Shown here piece by piece: positions 51,346 through 64,000 of a stretch of DNA of 64,000 nucleotides; position 1 is the first letter of the stretch, and every line of letters starts with the position of its first letter. The notes under the pieces are model-generated. The model was not told the DNA's origin. It was given only the letters and a program-made list of their open reading frames with translations, and made no database searches. The position numbers and the translations under genes were made by a program. Source of the stretch: Phoronis australis (taxonomy: Eukaryota > Animalia > Phoronida); NCBI GenBank assembly GCA_002633005.1, contig NMRA01000218.1:267113-331112 (forward strand), read 5' to 3'.

Positions 51346-52142
51346 AGAAACGGAGATGTGATGAAGGTTTCCACTACGTGCAAGTGATTTGATGGACAAA
51401 AAGAATGTCTCGTGTTGCACCATTGTTGGGAACGTGAGCGTCACGCACTAATACGATGTACATGTACCGAGTAAACGGCTCAGCATGAAACAGTGACTGA
51501 GATTATGGATGTGATTGCAGTAAAACAGTTCTCAGCAGTCTATACTTGCTCGAGATTTTGTGGGAATGCATGTTATCCACATATACGTCAATGTCCAATG
51601 CTAGAACATGGAATCAGGCTGAGGACACGACGGTAGCCAGCACAGAATGTGGATCGGGCACAGGATCCGATAATTGACGAACGGTACAAACATGGTAACA
51701 GACAAGACAGAAACGAGCACCATTTACTAGAAATAAAACCCAGTTAGGACCAGAACAAAAAGACATGATCGTTCCTGAACACACTCGGCATTCGGAAGAA
51801 ATTAAATCAATGTGGCCGCTACTTTGCGACTGCGATTTGACAGTCATGATGAAAAAATCGGTTATAGATTTACAGTTCGAGACATATGCATATTACTCGG
51901 CACTAAAGTGATTAGAAAGTTAAATCGTGATTCAATAAAATATCATTTATTTACCACTCAGGAATGTCAACTCTGAAATCAGGACTGTCCACAGATTGAG
52001 TAGACTGCGAGTCGGCTTCACTCGCCGGTCTGTTTCACCTATGGCTTCAATGTCGTCTCCACCTAAATGTCCACGCATGTATTCCTAATACACGTAACTT
52101 ACAAAATCCGCCGATGCATACAGGTGTACATGTTGAAACTAT

Positions 52143-52295
52143 ATAGAATTCAATAAACGCTGGGACCTAGGCTACGATCTCGCTAAAATCCATCCAAAAT
52201 CACGCGTTCTCATTTAAAATTCACGGCAATATGTCACATAATTTCGCAAAGTCTTGCTTTTTAGCGAGGTCCTAGCGTTACTGCACTCTACCCTG
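52143..52295. mobile_element. ~155-bp MITE, GGTAGAGTTCAGTAACGCTAGGAC TIR family (copy 1)
   Basis: Core CCAAAATCACGCGTTCTCATTTAAAAT..CGGCAATAT.TCACATAAT.TCGCAAA shared with the copies at 58236 and 60143. Ends GTCCTAGCGTTACTGCACTCTACCCTG. Confidence 0.8.
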
Positions 52296-54479
52296 GTCAA
52301 TGTCTTCCACTGATGACATCAATCAAAATTCCTCGACTATTTCCAAAAAAATTCTGTTGCTTTGGTTAAATCAAAAGTCATAAAATTATTTTACACGGTA
52401 TTAAACGTCAAAAAGAGCAAAAATCCATTGTAGGAACGCTTTAAAGGAGATTACTTTGTGGGCGAAAAAACTTCGTGCATTCGCCTCCGGAATATTAAAC
52501 ACAAAGTTCTATATTACACACCTATGCTTGTATCAGTTGGTCACGTGTTATCAACCAGGCGCACAAGGTTGCACATTTATAATATTTGGCAGAGCAGTTG
52601 AAGTGATACAACGGGAGAAAGTGACACCCATTTGGAGTATATTTTGGAAAAGGTCATCTTTGTGAAGTTATTAACTTAGATCAGAGTTTTAGACAGAGAA
52701 ACGTGTTGAAAGTTTTATAACGTTATTAGAAATCGTTGATTAGAAACAATGTCCCCTGTCAAACATAAACTCTGCTTTGGCCGTTCCCACCAATTCTCGT
52801 TATGTCTCCTGCTAATGCACCATTGATGTCTCACTAGAGTTAAAGAAGCGGGATTCAAGTATGGCCGCCGCGCGGATTGCGCAGTGCTGATCGAAGACAG
52901 CGTGAACAAAACTCAAGTGCTAAGATGGCGCAATCGGCTGACCAATACCAGCGTGAAAAAAGTCGAAGGGCTAATCCCATAGATGTTTGCATGCAAAAAG
53001 GGAGCCAGTCGGAGTACATTGGGTGAGCATCGTCTTTGGTATAAGCAGTGGCAGTCGCAAGTGAGCGTAGCTGAATATCAGTTCCAGAAATGCTAACCTT
53101 TGATAGAAAGTAGGATGGGTGTACATTACTCTTTGGTCTTCCAGAAATACATGTTACAAGACATCCATGCTTACTTTTGATTGATTTTAAGCATCGGCCT
53201 CAACAGGGTTTTAAAAGCTCAACTTTCCAGTGTTTGGAAGTTTAAGCGACTGGAAATCGCTCGATGAGTCTCAAAAAGTTTCGAACGATCTCGGCGAGTC
53301 GGCGGCATAATTACAGAACTCGCTTTCCTAAACGAGCAAATCCGCTTTGAAAACCCGGTCACCTAATACCTAAACCTTCTACACATATGCAGTTTTGAGT
53401 TACTAGTGCGAGAGTGGTGTATTCTAGAACAGCATGCCTCAATCAACTCTGTAACTCTCCACCTCTCCACGACGGGCAGAGTGAGCTCCGCTTTTGAGTT
53501 CGTCTTGAGAGCCAGGCGGTGATTAACCTCGCCAATTTTTTTTGCAAAAAACAACAGCCAAAGAAGAAGAAGAAAACAAAAAACAGATATGCAAAAGAAA
53601 GAGAAAGCTCCAAACTACTGTTGCAGGGTTGTATCATTTATTCCTTTATTCTGATAAACCCTACGCATACAATACGTGGTTATATCACTTCTAATAAACA
53701 TGACAGGCGCACAAAATAGAATCTATTGGAGAGTTGCATGACGGGGCCAAACTCCCCGATAAGTGCAGGAATTCAAGCGTATTAAGTGATTAAAGTTATG
53801 TAGGTCTTATAGACAAGACTACGCATTTAGCCAATATCTACAAAACTATAGAATTTAACTCAGAGCAGAAGCACACATTTTCTGAATGTAGAGATTCCGA
53901 AGAATTTAGTTTTTAACTTGATACCAATCAGCTTTTACTAACAGTAGGTCACGTGACCATACTTGTTAGTAAGATGTTGCAAAAAGGAAAGTTACATTCA
54001 GAGAAATGGAACGACAGTATCAGTATCGTGATATAAATGTTAAAGATAAAACCTCAAAAAGATCTTCACGGTTTTCTAAATTATCGTTTCGTTTTCGTTT
54101 TATGCAATTTTAGTTTTTTTATAAAAACCATCCTATTTATAATAAATGGAACATTTCAAAAACAGTTCCGAACAGCGTTTTGGAGAACAATATATAACTC
54201 AAAGTAGTTGAAAGTACCATGTGAATCCGACAAGTCATCTGTGAGATACGGTGTTCTCATTTTGGCCATTACTGGCTATTTTTCTAGGGTCCTACATGTA
54301 GATAACCTTAAACCACTAGCGTTGATTTCGGCGAATGTCTGAAAGACAACGGCGAGGATTCACAAAACGATTTCTTGTTTCTCAGCTCTGGTCAAAGCAG
54401 ATAACTACAAGACGTGCTTCCTGTCCACCAATACTCCCCAAAATGCGTTTTTCGGCGGTAAAACCAAAACATTCAACAC

Positions 54480-54807
54480 CATAGGCGGATTTAGGGGGAG
54501 GGGAGGTCCCAGGGGGCCCGCCCCCCCCCCCCCCTCCTTGGCTGCCGCAAGCAAAATGAAACACCAACAGCGTGAGGAAATATTGAGTTCAGGAGCTAGG
54601 ACCGGTAGCGTACTAAGGGCGAGAGGGCTCCGACCCGGATACACGTTCCGTTTTCTTTTTTTTTAATCCACCGATATTTTCTGTACAGGAGGTCTACGTC
54701 GTCGGTCCCCGCAACTCTTTCGAGCCGCCTGTGCAACATACTACGGCACCTTTCCCTATTCCCCGAGGATGTTGGGCCCCCCTTATGGTATCCCAGATCC
54801 GCCACTG
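54480..54807 (-). mobile_element. hAT5-like non-autonomous element, 328 bp, perfect 5-bp TSD; same termini as 26488
   Basis: CATAGGCGGATTTAGG ... CCAGATCCGCCACTG, flanked by AACAC at 54475-54479 and 54808-54812. Nested inside the Kolobok-like copy. Confidence 0.88.
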
Positions 54808-57800
54808 AACACTCTCCAATTTATGAAACGGTTTGTCCCAGGGTAATAATTATTTTATCTTAACAGTTCTTAATATGCCTTTAAGGACAATAAAAAGAAA
54901 AAAACACTTTGCTTCAGTATCAACACTATATAAATACATTATTTTTTTACGAAATGATCACCATGCATAAAAACTAATGTCATGACCAAAGTGTCCCAAA
55001 TTTCAAAAATACAACACGATTTTTCCAGGCAAAGATTCGATCAAACCTCGTAAAAATATATCATGGGCTGATTGCTGTCAAAATGTAACGGCTCATTTAT
55101 CACCTACATGTATGAGGCACATCCTGTATATCAACTGAGGAATTTGTTACCTAAATGATATGATCGCTTATGTATTGGATTTTCGCCTACACACAAAAAA
55201 ACTAGAGCATTGTAATTATCTCCCATATCATTCAACATAATGTGAAAGCAATCCTCAAAACAAATGAACGTATTCAAGCTGATTGTATGTCGAAGAGGGC
55301 GTGTCAAAGTTGGACTCCAGGCGGTTGCTGTAAAGTATTATGGCGTTGACATTCGAATACGTGCAGTAAAAAGAACGGGAAATTATCATAACTCGGGAGT
55401 TAAAGGTACTGATAGGCAGCGACCATCGAATGTATGCATATGTGCTTTACATAGTATGCTAAATAACTATCCGGCAAATGCACGTGCTCACTGATCGTTT
55501 TACAGGCAAAATTGGATACAAACAACATCTAACGTGCCAAGTAAACATCGTCTTCGCAACTCATTAGAACTAAACATAACTATCAAATAAAGACAACCCG
55601 AACATGGAATATAACAGACTGCATAAGCTCACTCTCAAGTCGCCCAGCGTTCTACATGTTGAACATTAACCTCCTTTTCGTCCGTACACGACACCGAACC
55701 ACCAGAAAAATGATCACCTGTATGTGCATGTATTTTACAAAGCGTTTTCTGTGACAATAAAATTGATCACATTAAATTTCGTTCTGACAGGTGAGACAAA
55801 TAAATGAAGTATCACTGCGGGATAAAAAGCCATTTACCAAGATTTAAAATTGGAAGTAGATCAAGTTAAATTGGTTCCTATACGCATGACCGTGTATGTT
55901 CATGGTGATGAACCATTTGTACTGTATATGCCTGCGTGGCTTAAACTAAGGTGTAAGTGAACGTGTTCTGTAAAAGTTCGCAACATTGTGGTACCACATG
56001 ATATCTCACAAAAGTTGAGTTTTTCATCTCTTCATTTTAATAATATTGCAAATGTGCAAAATCTGTCAGTTAAAGGCACATTGAGTTTTTGAGACCAAAA
56101 AACGCAATTTTGAGATTGTCGGCGAATCGGATATACTTCTATATAGTCTTCTATAAGAAATTGGTTTGGACCAGAGCTATAAAAAAACAACAACGTTGTT
56201 TTACTGGTTTTATTACAAAACGTCAATTTTCCCCGTTGTTTGTCAGACAATCACTGAAATCAAGGCGATTCGGCAATTTAACGGGTAAGCCTTAAGGGGG
56301 CTGAAACTTGATTTGCCGACTAAAGTTTTTTCTCTGCTGTTTTAGGAAGCTTAGGGTAACGTAATCGTAATTCAGGTGGGGTGACAGGTCGTAACCCTTG
56401 AGTATTTCTAAATATGCAAAACTCTAGTTTGACTTATAACTTCCTTAGCAAGCAGATTGATTCCGATGTCTTCACTATGTTTCCAATATTGCAACACTAA
56501 TGACGACTCACTGCCCAAACCTTAAGAGTCTCTTTGAGGGTCATTCCTATTTAAGTTAATGTGTACGTTCCTCTTGAACGAGGTGTCTATCAATTAATCT
56601 CTCCAAACCCCATTCCAAACACCACGAATATGACGGATCGCGAGTCTAAAAATTCGAATGAAGTACAAAAGAACGCGGGCAAGGAATTCTGGTGGCCACG
56701 AAACATGAGTGCCATTGTGATCATATTCTACATGTAGTCCTCCGTGAGGAAGTTACGAGCAGAACCAGAATTTAAAATAATGGTGACCTGTATTTGTTTA
56801 AATCACTCAAGTGTACCTGCAATCTTAGTTCATTAAACTAATTGAACATAGAAACATGAATGTCGATGGTGGTGCTTTGTACTGCGGGCAATAACCAAAA
56901 GTTTGAATAATGGCAGTCTTAATTTGCATAGTTTGGAAATTCAAGATGTATCATGGCCAACAAACACGCTCCGTTAAATTCGCTGACCATAAATAAATAG
57001 GTGAAAACATCAAAATAATCTCTCTGTAGTGGTTGGTCACGAAGATATAAGCAAATATAGAATTTTGCATAACGGCGGCCTTAATTTCCGTATTTGCCAA
57101 AATGTTCAAGTGTTGGGAACGGGCACGACAATTTACACTTGGGCTACATAAAACAGCAAGGTAAAATATCCGGCATATCTGACTTAATGAAAAAAGAGTA
57201 TTTGGCTCCGAGACTAGATCGGCTGTTGCTGCTCGATTCTGCTTTAACGCTAATTTATGAAAAAAAAAACACTGCGATCGCGCCGAGAATATCCCATTAA
57301 GTCAAGAGGCGAGCCCAGCTCAACAGTTACCGCAAGAATGAGAAATAATAAGCGGCTGGCGAAGAGTTCTTTGAAGTACAACAGGTGATAGAAAACACAC
57401 GTCACCTATGTTTTGTTAGAATTCTTTACATTTCCATTCGTTGTGCGCACATGATTTCAGAAGCACGCCATTTTCCTAACTACCATAAAGAGCACTGACA
57501 CAGACAAATTTATCATCATCAAAATCTTCGTCTTCATCACCGTATAATTATGATCCTGATCAGAAAGCAACATCACGATCGCACAATGACAACACAAAAA
57601 CCTTAAGCAAATATATTGACAAACGTAATGTACCGTTAATTATGCCACCGGCAAGGAACTGTCAAATGGTCCGTCACCAATAGTGTAATGTACTTCATTC
57701 ATAAATGCAGCCATGCCGCTGTTATAACAATTCAGGCATAAAAGCATTATTTACAAGATGATGAACGCCACGAAAGTGACGTTATCGTTTTTACAGCCAA

Positions 57801-57835
57801 AAATCCACATACTGGGATTATTGTTGAAAGGAATA

Positions 57836-57994
57836 CAATGAGGGCGGATCCAGGAGTTTGTGTTAGGTCGGCCAGGGCAGAATATTAGCTATGATTCTGC
57901 CCGTCAAATATTCGCACCCCCGTACTGCCAAATGGACTATTTGGGGAATTTTATTAGGCCCATGGTCCCCTTGGCCCCCCTTAATCCGCCACTG
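57836..57994 (+). mobile_element. Short hAT5-like MITE with 5-bp TSD
   Basis: ...GGGCGGATCCAGGA ... TTAATCCGCCACTG, flanked by GAATA at 57831-57835 and 57995-57999. Confidence 0.75.
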
Positions 57995-58235
57995 GAATAA
58001 ACACTTTGAAGGTGTTAACTTTGACCATGGCTGCACGTACAAATATAAAAGCCGTTGTTTTTTGATTTTATTAAATATCCCAATTCTCGTCGATATCTGG
58101 CCCTTGACTTTCATTGAAATCAAGGCAGGTGACTTGACCTGTAAACTACACTAAGAATATGCTATCATATATCGAGTGCAATTAAAATCATCAAACGAGC
58201 ATTTGGCTGCCAGCGAGAAGGTTCACAGTTCCGGT

Positions 58236-58392
58236 CTGAGTAGTGTTCAGTAACGCTAGGACTTACTCTAGGATATACTCTAAGACCCCGCTTATCTCTA
58301 GCCAAAATCACCTGCTCTCATTTAATATACACGGCAATATTTCACGTAATCTCGCAAATTCTTGAGTTTTAGCGTTGCTGAACTCTACACCG
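58236..58392. mobile_element. ~155-bp MITE, GGTAGAGTTCAGTAACGCTAGGAC TIR family (copy 2)
   Basis: GTAGTGTTCAGTAACGCTAGGAC ... TAGCGTTGCTGAACTCTAC, with the shared core. Confidence 0.75.
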
Positions 58393-59756
58393 ATTCCTTC
58401 AAATTACTTTTCTCTCCGATAATAACAGTTTAACGTAACCGGATTACCTGCGGTCAGTGAGTGAATTCGATAGTGTGCCTTTTGACAATGACACTGTGTA
58501 TTAATTAACTTCAACTTACAATGCGGTACCGATTTACCTAGATCCTAATTAATCTGTAGAGCTTCTCATGAAGCGTGTCACGACGAAACGATTAAAGTGT
58601 AACCGTTAATGTTTGCTCGCCTATTATTGCAGTTCGTGTATTGTGATTGAACATGACGACCATTTACACATGTCATTGATTTGAGACAAAAATATCCGAC
58701 GTGAACTCACTCTTGTACAGAGCACAATGCGCGAATTGATCGAATTTTACAAGTGTTCCAAATTTAGTAGCAGAGGTTTAAGATTCGTTTGTCACTCAGT
58801 CTCTTTCACAGTTACCTCCACGAGATTACCTGAATAGAAACATTTGACCCATTTTACTTTGAGGTACATGCGTTGTTCGCTGAAGAAAGATATCCACAAT
58901 CAAATAAAACAAGATGTTAATTTGTACATATAATACGGTATCGCCATTGCCCGAGTTTTCTTATCACGGGATGTTTATCGCTGGCACGAAAAGTTTCAAA
59001 ATCTTCATGCCAAAATTATTCCTGCCAAGGTACTTTCATTGTCGTCACTCCGTCACCGTCGACGTCATAAACGGCGTCGTCTCCCAAGTGTTTTATCGTA
59101 TTTGCATGTAATGTTTTCCATTTAGATTGCATGCACTACATAAATGCAAACAATTGGATGATTTGCTACTTTACGTTTGATCGTGGCCAAATAGTTTAGG
59201 TACGAACATCGCAACGGAACATAAGCCACATTTTACTAATACAAGGGTGGCAAACTAAAAACAGTCACGGTGGCAATAATATCGTCATAGTATTTTGTAT
59301 TTGCCTAACAGGTAGAACACAGAAATGTTTTCCAAACATAGGTTAAGATTTCTAAACAAGGCCCCAGCCAAGTTGAATACATGATGCAGGTAGAAATAAG
59401 ACCGAGGTTAAGTGTACAGTGTACGTGTAGTCGATGTTTTGAATTCAGTTGATGTCATTCTAAACGCCAATCAAGGCAGGAAAGGTAAAAACAGCTGCCA
59501 ACCTTTATTCCTACGTAAGTGTACTTCGCCCAGGTTCACGTGAGACGCACCTGCGCAAAACATTCACAAAGATCAGACAGCGCTTGTTGAACAAGTAATT
59601 AACCCATCTGTACAAATCGGAACCTATCAAAGAGCGTTTTACTAAAGGTTAAGTAGCGATTGATTGCGGAGATGATGACATTTTTCAGTGGTAAAGGAAG
59701 GGTCTGAAGAATTTTAATGATTTAGGGGGGCACAGTTGGTTTTAAGACATAAAGCG

Positions 59757-59909
59757 CAGTGGCGGATTCAGAGGGGGAAGGGGTCCATGGCCCCCAAAAC
59801 ACTTCCCCAGATTCCATTTGGCAGTTCGGGGGTGCGAACGCCTGACGGAAAAAATCCTGGCGAATACTCTGCCCTGCCCCTCTGAATCAAAATCCTGGAT
59901 CCTCCCCTG
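59757..59909 (-). mobile_element. Short hAT5-like MITE, inverted relative of 57836
   Basis: CAGTGGCGGATTCAG ... CCTGGATCCTCCCCTG. Its reverse complement shares TTCGCACCCCCG(A/T)ACTGCCAAATGGA with 57836. Confidence 0.75.
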
Positions 59910-60142
59910 AAATGCATTTGGGGTGAGTTCGGGTACGATATAGTGTTTGAAGACATCAATTAGATTTGCGTAGAGGTGCAAAACAACATAACCCATCGTA
60001 TTTTCCACAATGTTAACAGAAATACCAAATCGCTCACTAAGGCTTTCAAGGTAAATGCAATCGAGGCAACGACCTAACAATTGCAGGGCTGGAAGCGAAA
60101 ATGACAGTCGCAACCCGTGTAGTCCGGCAACCCTTGTTAAAC

Positions 60143-60300
60143 CAGGGTAGAGTTCCGTAACGCAAGGACCTACCGGCGCTAGGACCTCGCTAAAATCTAG
60201 CCAAAATCACGTGCTCTCATTTAAAATACGCGGCAATATTTCACATAATCTCACAAAGTCTTGTTTTTGCGAAGTCCTAACGTTACTGAATTCTACTCAG
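60143..60300. mobile_element. ~155-bp MITE, GGTAGAGTTCAGTAACGCTAGGAC TIR family (copy 3)
   Basis: CAGGGTAGAGTTCCGTAACGCAAGGAC ... GTCCTAACGTTACTGAATTCTACTC. Confidence 0.8.
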
Positions 60301-60446
60301 GGAGGCTGTAGGCTCGACCTCGCACAGAAGAAAGAATAACAGAAACTTAGTAAAACCCGTTCTGTCACAGCACAACCGTTCTCGATTAACCCTGACGTGC
60401 ATGCCGTTCGGCGTATTGGTTTCACGTGGAACTCAAATTTTGAATT

Positions 60447-60715
60447 TGAATTTAACACTCAATGGTTTCCTGAGTGACTCACGATTGAATTTACTTCTCA
60501 ATAGTTCTTTGGCGCCACGGTTGAATACACCACTCAATAGCTTTTTGGGTCATGGATGAATTTACAGCTCAATTCTTGAACCCACGGCTGAATTTGGCAC
60601 TCAATAAATAGTTCTTGAGTCACGAGTGAATTTACCACTCAATATAGTCTTTTGAGCTTCAATTGAATGTCCTACCTCCCACTCGGCACTAGATTTTGAA
60701 CCACGGTTTAAATTA
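60447..60715. repeat. Degenerate ~32-39-bp tandem repeat, about 7 units
   Basis: Recurring TGAATTTA..ACTCAAT...TT(C/T)TTGAG.CACGG. Confidence 0.7.
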
Positions 60716-63700
60716 CATGTACCTCCCCCAATCTCATTAAACATTGAGGACTGTCGGGTTAATTAAGCATTGTTTGTTGTACTAGGTTTATATATGTAGA
60801 AGAGGGTTCAGCAGGCTGCATACTGGGCTCGGGGGGAGGGGGGCATTTCCACATAGACTTGCTCCCTTAAATGGCCAAATTCGCGTTGAAAACACCATAA
60901 TCTGGTAAGTATAGTTGCAAATGCATTAAGGTTTGATATAGGGTCGGGGTAACTATTACAAGAATATCGAGTTTTGGACAAAATGCCCTGACTCTAGATA
61001 TGTATGCCGGGAAAAGTTTGTTTGCACCGAGTGAAGCAGTAACGGAAGGTCACGTGATTCAACAATAAAGTCGAGGATCACATGTCTGGTATATTTTGGT
61101 GAAAGTAAAAGGAAAACACATTCAGATGAGAAACTTGACGAATCATGTTGATGTATATGCTCCTGACGACTGTTGAAGTGTTGTTACGCTAAGGCTCTGT
61201 CCACTAAAAAGATCTTGCAGTTGCGACACGAAAACAATTTCCAATGTTCACAAGTCATTGAAATGGGGAAGTGTCACATCTCCAGTTCAAGACCGGGACT
61301 AGTCACAAAACAATAAAATGCAAGCTTATCGAATTTTACGATCTTTATATTGAGGGAATTCTAATATAAGTTGCTCTGTTGCCATATAAAAAGCAGTCAC
61401 GCGATATTTATTCCTCGGATCACTTGGAAACTAACACAAAAACCCTGGTTTCCAAGTTAGTATCATCATGTCAAAATCTAACCAAACAGTTGATCAAACT
61501 GAAAGATGCCGTCTTCACAGCAAAAGGCAACCTTGATTCACGCAAAATGCTACGGACATCAAGAAATGGGAGTGCCTTACAGTGCTATAATGAATGGGTG
61601 TAGGCCTACTTGGTGCACGTGTACATCGGCATCATTTACGGACAGTAAAAAGTTGCGAACAGCATCTTCTATAGACACATAATCACTAGATCTTTTCTAG
61701 TCAGAGTGTTGGGACTCAGCCGTGTGCCGGCGTAATCTCTAGGCTACCGTAATGATAAACGATAGCTGACACAGTAAATTCTTTGAATGAGAGAATTTCG
61801 CACATTTCTTCAATTTGTGTGGCCTCAACTTAGGTGAGTCCGGTGACGGTTTACGAAATCATGTAAATCGGGATGAGGCTGAACTCCGGGGAATTTGTCG
61901 CGCTACAGCAAAACTCTTAAAAATATTTACCTGACGCAGTTTGCGAGGGCCTTCATCGTCATGGCATCGTCTGACGAGGCCAGCAGACTAAACACGTACA
62001 ATACTAAGGTACCGGAGGCCCAGTAGTTACCCCATGTCGCGACGATAGACTCAATACCGGATAGAATACGATCGCGAATCAGCGTGCAGGCCTACTCGAT
62101 TGACTATGGCACCGTGATCGTTTCGAGCAGTACAAAGACCCTTTCTACCGCGATGTCATGAATTATAAATGCCGATTCTACTGATTGCATGGCCATCAAC
62201 CTGAACAATCGCAATCTTTTGTAAACATCCTGGAATAAAAACACCTCACTCAGTTCGCCCTCCTCTCGATGCTCGTGAACTCAGTCAATAGTTCATAATT
62301 TGTACTCGCAAAAATTATGCCTGAAGCAAAGTTGCCAGACCCAACAAACGCCTACAAGTTGCGCAACTAGCCCGCACTTGCACTACGGACGTGTTACTTA
62401 GATATCACATTTAATAGTTTACGGTACATCGAATGTAGTGCTGTATTTTCCATCCACAAAAAACACCGTGATTCAAATGGAGGGGGGCGGGGGCGGAATT
62501 CAAATTTTGTTTTGCCGGGATCGAATTCAATGCTCCTGTCTCGAACAAGCTGAGGTAAATTGCCATGTTTGCGCCAGGCCGTCACGGATTCAGGATTTTG
62601 TCAAGGGAAAACGTAGGGGTTACTTGAGATTCCCCCATTTAGAGCGAAGTAGAGTTACTGGCAAGAGGTCCGGATCACTAGTGGGTCCTCCTCTAGGTCC
62701 GTGCCTGGATGACGGTTGCCTTAGGGAACTTAAAAGCCTGTGGACAGCGCCCTGACTTCTTGGAGTACGCAACCAACTCGACCGGTGAGATTTCTACCAC
62801 TCCAGTCGACTGCTGTCATTTCTACAAATCCTAGGAAAGGACATTTGGGCTATATAGCTAATTGAACCACTTTTGTAGCTTTTGACTACCTTGCGTGATT
62901 CATTGGCCAGTCTTGGATGAGCTCGTGTTTGATCAGTGAAAGGCCTCCTTTGTTCGCATTTCTATTCCATCTTTATATTCTTGAGGTCAATCCTCACTAT
63001 GCAGGTAGGGTACTAGTGTGTTTGTGTGAATACTTGACATGTCTATAAATAGCAACAGTTTTCGCAATACAAAGCATGTGCTCATCCACGACAACACATC
63101 TTCACACTAAGATAATCCAACCTGAAATATTTCTCCACCCGGCACACGGCGATCACAATGAGGAAAACAGCGGCAGGTAAACCAAACTACTTTCGTGCAT
63201 AACTGTATCAGTGTATTGCTTTATGAAACTCTTATTCAATAAAATTACTAGGGCCCATTTTGTCAGTCAGTCTGTTTCTGCGTGGATCCCAAATAACTCT
63301 ACCACTCAATTATATGGCAATATGTGACAAGTACCATGCGAAATGTTTAATGATTCTTCAACAACCTTAAGCTAGCGGGTACACAGGCACAGGCAAGAGA
63401 AAAAGCTACTCACGTTTACTTGTCCACAATTCACAATGTGCTCACAGTGACGGAACGTAACTCTAGGCTTAGAAACACCAACAAAACTTTGAATGACCAA
63501 TTGAAATTCACGTTTCGCTGCATCGATTCACACCGACGTGTGAATATTTCAGGTGCCAATACGTTTAACTCTACAAAGTACGTACGCTATGAGCGAGAGT
63601 TGAGGTTCGTCGGCTAGTCCCACCAGTCTAGGAAGCTTGTCTATGAAACCGGTGATTGCATGCTCAACCAGCGACGCTCCGGACACAAAGCGGAGATTTT

Positions 63701-64000
63701 TTCTCCTGAGCTATTTGTTTATTTAACATCGTTTACCTTAGCGGTTGCCATTTTTACACAATTACTTCAATCGAACTATACTTAGAAGTCTTTCAACGGC
63801 GATACAAGGAGTGTTAGTAGAGGAGTGGGTTTTGTACTAGGAAAAACATCATCAGGTCATTGGACTGGGAAACCCTAGGCAAAAAGGTCGTCAAAGCAAA
63901 ATGTTTTTGTTTTTTTAGGTATAGCTGTATGAAGGATAAGAATCAAAGGCAAACTCTCTGAGACCTGTTTCTCTTAAAGTCTATTGCTAAAAGTCCAACA

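Noticed and set aside
60447-60715. Repeat with semi-variable interiors resembling a repeat-spacer array
   Set aside because: The variable parts are diverged versions of one another, so it is an old tandem repeat.

Overview
Eukaryotic, AT-rich (roughly 40% GC), repeat-rich animal DNA. The repeat families and the receptor type suggest a marine invertebrate; the species cannot be identified from the window. Only one intact protein-coding gene is supported: an intronless-CDS D1-like (invertebrate DOP1-type) dopamine receptor at 12191-13561 (-). It has a 5'UTR splice acceptor, five short uORFs in its 184-nt leader, and a probable ~2.8-kb 3'UTR. The rest is a decayed L1/Tx1-clade LINE whose RT half is inverted relative to its ORF1/endonuclease half, tRNA-derived SINEs, many non-autonomous DNA elements (hAT5-like with 5-bp TSDs, Kolobok-like with TTAA flanks, a Helentron-associated HINE-like element, foldbacks), a THAP-domain relic and minisatellites. 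Three N-centred tandem duplications look like two haplotypes joined at assembly gaps. The most striking signal is the palindrome TACATGTA: at least 34 copies counted by eye against about 2 expected, a 48-bp stretch made entirely of TA-(short spacer)-TA units, and one site where the two duplicate copies differ exactly as TA versus TA-CATG-TA. This pattern fits accumulated Tc1/mariner-type excision footprints. No CRISPR array, rRNA gene or prokaryotic system is present.
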